Source of the DNA: Octopus vulgaris
Taxonomy: Eukaryota
Direction: 5' to 3'
DNA length: 64,000 nucleotides
Assembly: GCA_951406725.2 (NCBI GenBank)
Contig: OX597834.1
Location: 31,186,001-31,250,000 of the forward strand
The number at the start of each line of letters is the position of its first letter. Positions within the stretch are counted from its first letter, which is position 1. Below, in pieces: positions 14,881 to 27,732 of this stretch. A model generated the notes under the pieces. It had not been told where the DNA came from. It saw only the letters and a list, made by a program, of their open reading frames with translations, and did no database searches. A program made the position numbers and the translations under genes.

Positions 14881-15883
14881 ATTGTTGTTGTTGATGATGA
14901 TGATTCCTTGTTTTAGATCTTGTTTTCATTCCTATCCCCTTCACACTGAGATGTTCATCCCTCTATCCATCCCTTTCTGCCTCCCTAACATCTCCCTTTA
15001 AATGTTCTGTCCCCTTCATCCTCCTCATCCTCATCACCATCATATTGCTCTGTTTCCTCCCGCCTCTATTTTTCTAATCTACCACCCCCTTCCTTCACCT
15101 CAAAACACTTGAGTTTGTCTTCCTTCCTTTCTTTCTTTCTTTCCTTCTTTCTTTCTTTCTTTCTTTCTTTCCTTTCTTTCTTTCCTTCTTTTTCTTTCTT
15201 CCTTTCTTTCCTTCTTCCTTCTTTCTTTCTTTCTTTCCTTCTTTCTTTCTTCTTTCCTTCCTTCCTTTCTTTCTTCCTTTCTTTCTTCCTTTCTTTCTTT
15301 CTTTCTCTTAGAACTCTATCTTCTTGATCCACCCTGCTTCTTCTACCTTCTCTTTTTGACTCCACATCCTCCTCCTCCTCCCCTTCTCTTGCTCTACTTC
15401 ACCATCACCACCACCACCACCGCCACCACCATTCTTTCTTGGCTTTAACTCTCTCCACCAACACCACCACAACCTCCACCATTTCCCCCCCTCTATACTC
15501 TCCTCCTTCACTCCGCCTCTCCTCCATCACCACCAATATTCCTCATCATGCCAAACCAGTTTCCTTAATGCAGTTTTTTTTTTTCACCAAAATGTCAGTA
15601 GACAGTTTATGTAGTTGCTTCCAGTAGTTTCTTCATTGCCATCTGGCATGGTTGGCATGGCTGGCTAGGCTTAGCGGATACGTATTTTCGAGTGTTTATT
15701 ATAGTTTATACACTTATTTGCTCTAACTAACTCTGTTTGTTTGTTTGTTTCTTGTTGTTGTTGTTGTCATTATTGTTGTTTCTCTCCCCCCCCCTTTTGT
15801 CTTCCCTGCCTCCCCCCATAACCTGGGAATTTATCTCCCACTCTTGCATACACTTAGGAAAATACTTTGTAAGATTTCATGTA

Positions 15884-16081
15884 CTTTATATATACAGTAA
15901 GTATATTTATTGTATATAAAGGAACCTATATATGTATATGTATATAAATATGTATACATACATACATATATATTTGATGATGATGATATATATATACATA
16001 CTCATACATATATATATATATATACACACATACACACACACATATTCAATTTGCCAGTAGTTAGCAAAGACATGTTATATC

Positions 16082-16147
<66 letters not shown>

Positions 16148-16225
16148 TATATATATATTTACACATACACACTTGTATTAAATTTGCAAGTAATATTACT
16201 GACATATATATGTGCATCTCCCCCC

Positions 16226-16259
<34 letters not shown>

Positions 16260-16325
16260 ATATATACAGTAAGTATATTTATTGTATATAAAGGAACCTA
16301 TATATGTATATGTATATAAATATAT

Positions 16326-16356
<31 letters not shown>

Positions 16357-16403
16357 CACACACACATATTCAATTTGCCAGTAGTTAGCAAAGACATGTT
16401 ATA

Positions 16404-16493
<90 letters not shown>

Positions 16494-16559
16494 CACATAC
16501 ACACTTGTATTAAATTTGCAAGTAATATTACTATCTGACATATATATGTGCATCTCCCC

Positions 16560-16590
<31 letters not shown>
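15884..16590. repeat. Local tandem duplication, period ~372 bp
   Basis: CTTTATATATACAGTAAGTATATTTATTGTATATAAAGGAACC starts at 15884 and 16256. The downstream unique blocks also repeat. Confidence 0.9.
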
Positions 16591-16623
<33 letters not shown>

Positions 16624-17152
16624 TTGTATATATAATTTGCAAGCAGCATTATCATAGTTGTAAATGTGTTATATGTATGTGTATATATATAAAACTTACA
16701 AATAACATTACTATCAAAATGGTATTATACATACATGCGTGTGTGTGTGTGTGTGTGAGAGAGATAACACTGCATTAATCACTGATTTCTCTTCTACCAG
16801 AACAATGGGAATCAGTTGCAGGTTTCATTCATTACCCAGCCCCAACAATCCCTACCTCTCCTCAAGCAGAAGGGACCCTATTAATCACAGCTACCACCTC
16901 CAGCACCCTACACTTTCAACTCTCCTTACCAAAATAATATTTAAGATCCATTCCTCAAGCTTCATGTAAGTTTGCCCAGCCTGCAAGAAATAGCAGTCAA
17001 ATGTCCCTGAAATTCTGTGTAGTAAGAAGTTTGCTTCCCAGCCCCATGCTTTTGATTTCGGTCCCACTGAATTCTCATGCATTATCTCTTAGCTTTGAGA
17101 TTTCAATGATGTGATTGTTTATTTTTAGAGTAACATTGTAGGGTAACATATA

Positions 17153-17545
17153 GGCGCAGGAGTGGCTGTGTGGTAAGTAGCTTGCTTACCAACCACATGG
17201 TTCCAGGTTCAGTCCCACTGCGTGGCACTTTGGGCAAGTGTCTTCTACTGTAGCCTCAGGCCGACCAAAGCCTTGTGAGTGGATTTGGTAGACGGAAACT
17301 GAAAGAAGCCCATCGTATATATGTATATATATATATGTGCGTGTGTGTTTGTGTGTCTGTGTTTGTCCCCCTAGCATTGCTTGACAACTGATGCTGGTGT
17401 GTTTATGTCCCCGACACTTAGCGGTTCGGCAAAAGAGACCAATAGAATAAGTACTGGGTTTACAAAGAATAAGTCCCGGGGTCGAGTTACTCAATTTAAA
17501 GGTGGTGCTCCAGCATGGCCGCAGTCAAATGACTGAAACAAGTAA
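17153..17545 (+). mobile_element. tRNA-derived SINE, family A (CORE-like), full length
   Basis: GGCGCAGGAGTGGCTGTGTGGTAAG head with pol III A/B-box-like motifs. The TTGGGCAAGT motif resembles the CORE-SINE/MIR core. Confidence 0.88.
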
Positions 17546-18136
17546 AAAAGAAAGAAAGAAAGGGTAGGTGTGGGAGTCTGGATCTGGCCAGGTTGAACAT
17601 AAAAAAGGTTGAATATTTGGGCTAGATATGGCCAGTTTAAATGTTATGGGGTTAGGCAGGGTCCAGTGTATTGCAAGCTTTCAAGCAAGGACTTGGGTCT
17701 AATGGTAACTAATTCCACCCACCTGTTTTTGAACCTGAAAAGGGCCATATATGCTGCTGTCCCTATTCTGGGGACCGACTTTTATCTAGCTGACCCCGTT
17801 TTGTCTCCCTGCTGGAGCTACTTAACTTCAGTTACAATATTGGTGTCTGTGAGGAAAGGAATGAATGTTGCATCATTTCATTTTACCAAACCCCGTACAA
17901 ACTATCAAAGGAGTGTCTCTGTAGTTGCTTATCCTATAGAAATAGCAGCTAAATTCCCTCAAACCACTATATTTATAAAAGATTGGAAGAATGTGTTGGA
18001 GAATGTAGTCTCAGACATCTAAAGTTGAAAACAAGACAGAAAGATCATGGTTGGAACTCCTCTGATAATAAGTGTAATCATCATCTTCATCATCATCATT
18101 AGCACCATTATCTCCATCATCTCCAGTATCACCACT

Positions 18137-18170
<34 letters not shown>

Positions 18171-18971
18171 CCACCACCATTATTCTATCATTTGTTTTTT
18201 CCAGTATTAGCCTATGGTCAAAAATGAAATTCCAGACCCAACTATCTTGTGTTTAAAGGTGTGGTTCTAGGGAAATTTGGCTGCTTTTTCTATCAGGTCG
18301 AGCACCCATGTAACTGTCCCTTTTTAATGCATGTCAACAATATAGAATCTTTTTCTAAACATCCAGGTCCCAAATCTTCACCATCTCATCTCCGCAGCCC
18401 ATTAAGTTCTTAGTTCCAATTCCGTTCTGGCTGCCCCTCCCCTCAAACAAATCTCCTTTCTGTGTGTCATCATTAATAAACAAATGACAGGATTCTTGCT
18501 AGATTGTTGCTTCCAATGAGAGAGAGAGAGAGAGCAATATCTCGTTAGTTAACGAATTAGAGCTGCCAGAACATAAGTTATTCCAAATGTGTCGCAATGG
18601 AATGCAGTATCGGACCATTTTATTTGACACTTTGCTGAAATGTTGATTGCGATGTGTTGGTCACTTGTCGGGCAGTCTTATGCAGTGTCAACATCTGAGT
18701 GCAGTCGCAGCTGAATTGCACAGTTGCTGTCACTGGCCATTCACTCACACCTACGGTTAGTTTGGAAGTTTAGACATACATACACACATACGTACATACA
18801 TATATACATTCATACTTACTCATTTACATGCATACATACATACACAGACATATATGTACATACATACTCTTATACGTGCTTACATACATACTTATATTCA
18901 TACATCATACATACGTACATACATACATACATACATCATACATACATACATACATACATACAAACATACAT

Positions 18972-19008
<37 letters not shown>

Positions 19009-19051
19009 TGCATACATACATACATACACACACACGCATACATACATACAC

Positions 19052-19100
<49 letters not shown>

Positions 19101-19302
19101 CATGCATATATACGTTGTCCCATTCTCACAAACGCACATTCACCCAAACACATACACATATACTTCACATACACATTTGCACTCACACACACACACACAT
19201 ACATAGTCTCACTTTCACACTCACACACACACACACACACACACGTGTTTTCCTCTTTCCCCCTCTGTCTCCCTTAATGCAGACAAACTTCATCCTTTAC
19301 TC

Positions 19303-19359
<57 letters not shown>

Positions 19360-19864
19360 ATCACATGCGCATCTCTCCTCGCTGTTTTGCTCACAAACAT
19401 ACACATTTTTGTCCCTTCCTCCCTCCCTCCAACCTTTTTCACACACACATATACACACACCTTTGTTCCTGCCTTCCTTCCCTCTCTCTCTCTTTCTCCA
19501 CACACACACACTCACACACACACACACATTCTGGCTCTTTCTCTCTTTCCTTCTCTTTCTCTCACATGCATAACATACTTTATGCCCATCTCTCTCCTTC
19601 AACACACACACATGCACGCATCATCCTTCTGCCTCTCTCTTTCCCCTCCTCCATCCTTCTTCCACGTGCATATGCAATCTAGCCATCTCTCTTTCATGTA
19701 CGTAAACACATCCTTCCCACTCACTCACTCTCTCTCTCTCTCTCTCTCTCTCTCATGTTTATTTGTTAATATACCATTACAAGGGACTTGACTGACTTTA
19801 TTCACTAACACCATCCCACTCGTTCTCCTCCTCCTTCTTGTTTTTTTTATTTTTTCTTCTCCCA

Positions 19865-20380
19865 ATGTTGACCTACAGTAGGAAATTGACCTATAGCAGA
19901 AATTTAAATCACCGTAGAAAGTTGACCCACAATAGGATATTGACCCACAACAGGAAATTGACTCTCAGTAGGAAGTTTGATACACAGTTGGAAGTTGGCC
20001 AACTGTATGATCTTAACCCATTGCAGGATGTTGGCCCAGAAATAGGAAGTTGACCCATTGCAAGATGTTGACCTACAAGATGTTTACCCACTGAAGGAAG
20101 ATGATCTGCAGAAGATTAACCCACATTTGAAAGTTGACCCAATCTAGGATGTCAAACTACAGAATGATCTTGATCCACAGTAGGAAGTTGGCCCACTGCA
20201 TGAAGTTAACCTATTGCAAGATGTTGACCCACAAATTAGATGTTGACTCACAGTAGCAAGTTGACCTGCAAAAGGTTAACCCACAGTTGGAAGTTGACCC
20301 AATGTAGCATGTTGATCCTGTAGGGAGTTGAGTCACTGTAGAATGTTGACCCACTGAAGGAAGTTGACCCACTGCAGGTA
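19865..20380. repeat. Degenerate 18-19-bp minisatellite (consensus ~AAGTTGACCCACAGTAGG)
   Basis: Recurrent GTTGACCC/GTTGACCT at ~18-19-bp spacing. Confidence 0.85.
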
Positions 20381-21470
20381 CTTACATCTAGCTCTCTGCA
20401 CTCTAAAATGCAAATATTTCTATTCATCCTTTTGGAGTTTGATAAATTAAATACCAGTGCCATAATGAGGGTGGGTCGATTGTGATATTTTGTCTTCAAA
20501 CTGGAGAGGCATTGACTAAATGTTTACAATAGAGGGGACTCTGCTGAATGCGCTGAAGAACCGAGTGGAGTTGGTGGTGGTGGCATTTATCCAGCTAACA
20601 AATTGGAAGAACCGGTGTAGCTGATTGTATGTTCACTTTGCTTGAGACCCACTTCCACTTGTAAACATCTAACAAGCACTACATAAGGGGCAGTGCTTTA
20701 ACCCTTTTGTTACCATATTTCTGTTGAAAATAACGAGGAATTTAGGAAAATAATCTGGTGTTTAGAGCATAAATTAACATGAAAGTTTGACAGTAGGTTT
20801 CAATTTAGATTACTTTAGAACAAGAAGGGGGTGGTGATCCCTGCTGTACTCTTTCACCACTCTTTCTCCCATTCTTTCTTCTGTTGGCCTGCTCGCTTAG
20901 CCAGCGGGGTGGCATCATTCAAAGGCTAAAACAATGCGAACGCATTGTGACCAGCAATGTGTAACAACATCTGATGGTCTGGTCGGTCACAAAAAAAAAA
21001 TATATATATATATGTATGTATATATATATATACATACACAACACAACACACAAACACACATACATATATATATATGTATATATATATATATACATACACA
21101 CACCACACAACACACACACACAACACACACACACACATATAACATACACATTGATCTGAACTAGATACTTCAACACTGTTGGATAGAGTGATTAACTCTG
21201 AATGAATAAATTCTGTGTGTATCTGTATATAAATATAAGTGTATATATTTGTGTGTATGTGTGTGTATATAGACACACACATACTCAGACTCATTCACAC
21301 ACTGCTGTACAGTGGGATTGAACCAGGATCCCCATTGTTGCGAAGCAGACTTCTCAAACACTGAGCCACGCTTACATCCGCCTGGCTTGGTATTAACAAT
21401 CAAACATTTATCCATTTTATTTGCTTATTTATTTTGTTAACAGCTTTGTTTACAACTACAAATACGTGTA

Positions 21471-21510
<40 letters not shown>

Positions 21511-22656
21511 GGAGAGGAAGAGGAGAAGGTGTGTTGTTGAGAGTTGTCTTAAGTTGTTGTTAACATGTGCGGCTAGACAGCCTGTGGTGGTGACCAACAC
21601 CCATCGGTGAGTGAACAGTGGATTCTATAAGTAGATTGTGGCAAACTGCGCGGCAGTGATTTTAAATCAGCAGCTAGCGGCACGCATAATCAACTCATTG
21701 CACTCACACACTCTCTCTCTCTTTCTTTCCCTCTCTCTCTCACACACACACACATAGTCTTTCTTGATAACTCATACTTACCGTTTAAATACTAGCATTA
21801 ACACACACACATGCACACATACACACACACACACGTATATATATGTACACTACACAAACACACATCATTCAGACACAAACATTTACATATACACATTATA
21901 CGCATATACACACAGACCATTGAAATGCTAGCACACACGCACACACACACACACACACACACGCATCATGCAAGCACATCACACACAATTCAAACAAACA
22001 TTAATATATGCACATACATTTCACACATTCACAAGTGCACACACACACACACACACAAATACACACTCACAAATACATACACACATACTCTCTCTCACAC
22101 ACACACATGCATTCACAAATACACATACACATGCACACCCCCCTAAATACACTCACAGACATGCCATTCAGATGCAAACATTAACACACATCTTTCATAC
22201 AAACACTTGTTCACTTTGTTTACACACAGACTATTCACACACACACACATACACACACACTTAAAATATATTCATGCCTCGTTCATATACATATTACACA
22301 CACACACACAAACACACACTCACACACACACACACACGCACAAACACAAACACACACACACACACTCACTCACACACACACACATACACAAACACATGCA
22401 CACACACAGACATACACAAACACACACACACACACACACACACACAAATACACACACACATACACACACACACAAACACACACACACACACGCACACACA
22501 CAGTTCATTCACACCCAGTGTTTGCAACATTCCCTGTGCGGGTGTGTGTGCTTTCGGAAGCGGGGTGGAGCTTCCACAAAACCAGTAACAACAACAACAA
22601 CAACAAACAGCACCAGCAGCAGCAGCAGCAACAACAAGCACCACATACCTACATTT

Positions 22657-22693
<37 letters not shown>

Positions 22694-23062
22694 CACCTTT
22701 ATACTGCGTACTTGCATGGTGTCTATAAATAAATATATTTACTTTGTAAAATGGAAATAAAAGCAGGCAAAAGATGAAAGGGAGGAAAATAATATAAAAA
22801 AACACAAAACAAGAACAACATTAATAACAACAACCACATCTATTACTGCAGCTTCTATAATGACAACAACAACAACAGATGTAAAGAATAACTATTAGAA
22901 CAATCATAACAACAATAGACAGGAAAACAACTATGGCTACAACAACAACAACAGCAACAATACATGACATACTCATACACCTGGATTGAGTGATGTATTG
23001 TGTTCTTGAGCAAAACACTTCGTTTTACATTGCTCAAGTCCAGTCAGTTGGTAAAAATGAGT

Positions 23063-23290
23063 AATTTAGTTAGTTAGTTAGTTAGTTAATTTTTTGGCTC
23101 AAAAAGCAAAAAGCAAGGCCATGTAGGGGGACATGGAGTTATGTACAGGGTGGTGTTCACATAAAGAGTTCAGGCCACTTGTGGTCAAGGGAGACTTTGA
23201 ACCGAGCGGTCGTTGGCATCTTCACCATCTCGTCCGGCAGCTTATTCCACGGATCCGCAACCCGGACAGAGAAGCCCCTCTCCTTCGATT
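23063..23290 (-). mobile_element. CR1/L2-group LINE 3' end
   Basis: Translates RGFSVRVADPWNKLPDEMVKMPTTARFKVSLDHKW, the typical F+.RV...WN.LP....F K..LD ORF2 C-terminus. Followed by a short UTR and a (TAAC)n tail. Confidence 0.85.
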
Positions 23291-23346
23291 GAGATGAAAT
23301 CGTCGCAGATAATCCTGTGGCAGACCAGCGTCCAGAGAGGAATATA

Positions 23347-23580
23347 CAGGGTTGGCCAGAAGCCACCCGACAGTAAATCAAAATTCCATAAATACTGTCT
23401 GTAATTCTGTATCGACTCAAATAGGAAAATGGGGTCACTCAAGAAGGGCTTCAGTTTGAAGAATTTTCGTGATGTTCCATATTTAGATGCTTTTATTAAA
23501 TTCATTCAATTGTTAAACATAAATAAATCTTGGAATTAAATAGTTTTGATTTACTGTCAGGTAATTTTTGGCCGACCCTG
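23347..23580. mobile_element. Tc1/mariner-type MITE
   Basis: TA|CAGGGTTGGCCA ... TGGCCGACCCTG|TA. Confidence 0.8.
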
Positions 23581-23594
23581 TATATACGCTAGAG

Positions 23595-23769
23595 TAGGGG
23601 TCCCAAATCTTTTTAGACCATCGACCCCTTCATGGAATCCTTAATTCTTCATTGACCCCCCCCCCCCCAGGTATGTACAAGAAAATAAAATAAATAAATA
23701 ATAATAAAGTAGATGTGCATTTATCGACCCCTTGAATAGTCAGTCCATTGACTACTTTGGAGACCCCTA
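23595..23769. mobile_element. hAT-type MITE
   Basis: TIR TAGGGGTC...GACCCCTA. 8-bp TSD CGCTAGAG/CACTAGAG with central TA. Confidence 0.8.
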
Positions 23770-24431
23770 CACTAGAGGAACCAGGAAACTGGCCCTCTGA
23801 TCTGTATGGAGTAATAGGGACTGAATTTAAGGCGTGGAGCAGGTGGAGACAGTTAATGTTTGACATTTCTTTTTTGCAGTCATTCGTCTGCAGAGGGTGT
23901 GGTGTGTAAAGAAGAGAAGAGCTTACACCCCTCTCCATAGACATTTTTGTAAAATTTTGATTTTGCACATCGAAATTTTACAAAAATGTCTATGTGCAAA
24001 ATCGAAATTGAAAAAATTTGAAATGAAAAATTCACCCCTAAAAGGGGAAAATTCTGCCCAACCGATTAAGCTCAGCAAAAACCCAGTTGTCTTGGCTACA
24101 GAAATATGCAAAACTAATTAACATATATAACAAAATTTGCGATGAAAATTGGGCAAAAACTCACAGCTTCCGAAGACATGTCCTTCCACTTTGAATCCTT
24201 TCTGTTATAGGCACAAGGCCAGAAATTTGGGGGAGGGGACGAGTCAAATACATTGACCCCCCCGCCCCCAGTGTTTCACTGGTACTTTATTTATTGACCC
24301 CGAAAGGATGAAATCAAAGTTGACCTCATGGAATTTGAACTCAGAATGTAAAGATGGACAAAAAGTTGCTAAGCGTATTGCCCAGCATGCTAACGATTCT
24401 GCCAGCAATATTAATAATAATAATAATAATA

Positions 24432-24845
24432 GCTCAATACCACAGATTTGCTTGTCAGTTGTTTGACCTTAACCAGTTGAGCATGTCCCTTAGTGGCTGA
24501 CGATATGTGCATCTCTGATCACGAGCAGAAGTAGTGGGGGAGCATCATAGCCATGTGTTGAGAGGGATTCTTTGGGGTTTGAATAATTCACCTCTGGGAA
24601 CATGGGTGGTTCTTTCAACATCCTTAAACAACCCTTATTCAGGGACCTTTTGAGCGGGATGGGCTACTCAACCTGAAGAAAATTCTAACTGGGCCCCACC
24701 TGCAAGGTCATGTGCTGTTTATCTTGATATGAGATCACCATGTCACATGCATATGGTTGTGATGCATGTGCCTGGTGTACCTTTATCAGACGGGTAGTCA
24801 TGATGGGTATACTGGGCTTCGTATATTTTACCCCAGTGTCACTCA
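24432..24845 (+). mobile_element. (AAT)n-embedded interspersed repeat, truncated copy
   Basis: Same family as 14318-14880 and 59046-59555. (AAT)n on both sides. Confidence 0.8.
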
Positions 24846-25627
24846 ATAATAATAATAATAATAATGATTTCCTTTATTTGCCTTGAGAATGATAGATGAG
24901 AGGAACAATACAAAGACAGACATAAAGTGTGGAGATTTATAGAGAACGGAATGATTTTTTTTAAAAAAAAGCCAGTATAGTTCTAAGATAACAACAACAA
25001 TAACAAGAATTATTGTTTTATGATGAACAACATCAATAACATCAACATCAATAACAAAACCACTTTAGTATTCAGAGGAACCACAACTACAAGAATTTTG
25101 AAACTACTGTAGTATCATACACTATCCCTACCACCACCACCACAACAACAACAACTATCACTACCTCTGCGATCACAACAGCTACCACTACCACAACAGC
25201 AACAACAACTATCACCACCACAACGACCACCATCACCATCTCCACCACCACAATAACAACATAAACTATATGATCAACAATCACTTTGATGGTGATAACA
25301 AATTCACTGAAAGCCACAAAATAACAACAATACCACCACCACCACCATCAACACCACCATCAACACCACCACCACCCCCAGCATCCAATGTCGTTAGGGC
25401 ATCAGATTAATCACTTTGTGGTATTCGTTTCAACTCACTATGCTTTGAGTTCAAATCCAGTCAAGGCCAACTTAACCTTTCATTCTTTCAGAGGTCAATA
25501 AACATATTATTAGTCGGGTGGGGGAGAAGGGGATCCGTTCTTCTCTTTGCAACCCCCACCCCGACTCTTTGTTTCTTTCTCTCTGTCTGTCTGTCTGTCT
25601 GCTACTCTTCCTGGAAAAAATCAAATA

Positions 25628-25905
25628 TGGCCGTTGCCAGCGTCGCCTGGCCCCCATGCTGGTGGCACGTAAAAAGCACCATCCGATTGTGGCCGTTTGC
25701 CAGCCTCGTCTGGCTCCTGTGCCGGTGGCACGTAAAAAACACACCTACTACACTCATGGATTGGTTGGCATTAGGAAGGGCATCCAGCCGTAGAAACATT
25801 GCCAGATCAGACTGGGCCTGGTGCAGCCTTCTGGCTTCCCAGACCCCAGTTGCACCGTCCAACCCATGCCAGCATGGAAAGCAGACGCTAAACGATGATG
25901 ATGAT
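25628..25905 (+). mobile_element. RTE 3' UTR remnant (family C)
   Basis: Two ~62-bp units, the conserved tail and (GAT)n. Confidence 0.75.
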
Positions 25906-26307
25906 GGCCCAGCCTAGTGAGGAACTGACCCTACCAAGTCTCAAAACACCCAAGACATGCACTGTATCATCACAATGGCACCCCTATGACTCCTTCTGGT
26001 ATTGAGAGCCCATGGGCCTCAACACCGGACAGTGGTCTCTTCGCCAAGCCAAGATAGGAATCACCATCAGTTCCTCATGCACACCTGCTGTTGTTACCAG
26101 TAGTTCATTGACACCGGTTCTGTTGGTACACTTGCACTTCACTGGCAGACTGCCTTTATCTGTTTATTCACACTGGACTGTGGGTACACTTACATAATTA
26201 ACAGTAAATTTTTGTCAGATCGTTAACACTCTGTACAGTTGGTACACTAACAGCATTGGCAGGCTATCTTCTTTTGTCAGTTCATTAACTCTGAACTGCC
26301 AGTGCAG

Positions 26308-26368
<61 letters not shown>

Positions 26369-26767
26369 TACATCTTTTCAGGGTTGATTAAATAAATACC
26401 AGTTGCATACTGGGGTCTATGTAATCGACTTAATCCCTTTGTCCTTGTTTGTCCCTTCCATGTTTAGCCCCCTGTGGTGGGCAGTAAAGAAATAAATATA
26501 TACACATGCACACATGTTATAATAATGTCTTTACTATCTCAGTTAATTGAATGCTATACTAATTGTTGAAACCATCACACAGAGTATATATATATATATA
26601 TATGCTCAAACATACCTATCAGGGGTGCTGGACTGTTCCTGGCTTTAAGGCTATCACAAAAAGCCTGGTGTGAGTGTCCAGCTTTTGCCAAATGACATGC
26701 ACAATTTGTTTATGGTGATCAAATGTTCATGCTGTCCATTAGCTTTCTCTCTCCATCGAACATTAAT

Positions 26768-26999
26768 CTATTTCTTTACTACCCACAAGGGACTAAACAC
26801 AGAGGGGACAAACAAGGACAGACAAACAGATTAAGTCGATTATATCGACCCCAGTGTGTAACTGGTACTCATTTAATCGACCCCGAAAGGATGAAAGGCA
26901 AAGTCGACCTCTGCGGAATTCGAACTCAGAATGTAACGGCAGACGAAATACCGCTAAGCATTTCACCCGGCGTGCTAACGATCTTGCCAGCTCACCGCC
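26768..26999 (-). mobile_element. tRNA-derived SINE, family B
   Basis: Reverse complement of 3855-4085. Further copies at ~13770-14000(+), 24205-24408(-), 32495-32660(-), 33415-33590(-), 53445-53660(+), 56293-56503(-), 57320-57525(-), 58625-58757(-). Confidence 0.85.
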
Positions 27000-27059
27000 C
27001 ATCGAACATTAATCATCATCATCATCATTTAATGTCTGTCTTCCATGCATGCATCAGAC

Positions 27060-27105
<46 letters not shown>

Positions 27106-27447
27106 CAAGCTGCCTTTTACTGTTCATTCAACCAGAACCGTTTGTACACTTATACTCAGAAATGGTCTTGCTGTCAGTATACTGCTGGTACACTTACAAT
27201 GGGCTGTCAGTATGTTGTTACTACACTTACGGTGGGCTGTTAGTATATGCATATGGTGTACTGTCCATGCATCGGCTGTATTTGCCTGTTTTACACTGCC
27301 AGTGTACACACAGTGTACACTGGCAGTGGCCTATCAGTACACTGCTGGTGTATTCGAGTATGACACAGATATAAAGCAGAGACAGGTTTCTGAATTTTCA
27401 TTTCTTAAATTCATGGAATGTATAACCCTCTCCCACTCCGTTTTCTT

Positions 27448-27487
<40 letters not shown>

Positions 27488-27623
27488 ACTTTCACACAGA
27501 CATTACTGTGACTATTTCAAGAGTTCTCACATCTTCCGTTATTTTTGCTTTCTTTCACAATGTGTAATGTGTGTGTGTATACACACACATACACATGTAT
27601 ACATACATACCTCTGCACACGTA

Positions 27624-27656
<33 letters not shown>

Positions 27657-27687
27657 GTATATGTATCAACACGTACATACATACTTT

Positions 27688-27732
<45 letters not shown>

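Noticed and set aside
17153-17230. tRNA gene
   Set aside because: The A/B-box-like motifs are the head of a multi-copy SINE, and there is no complete cloverleaf.
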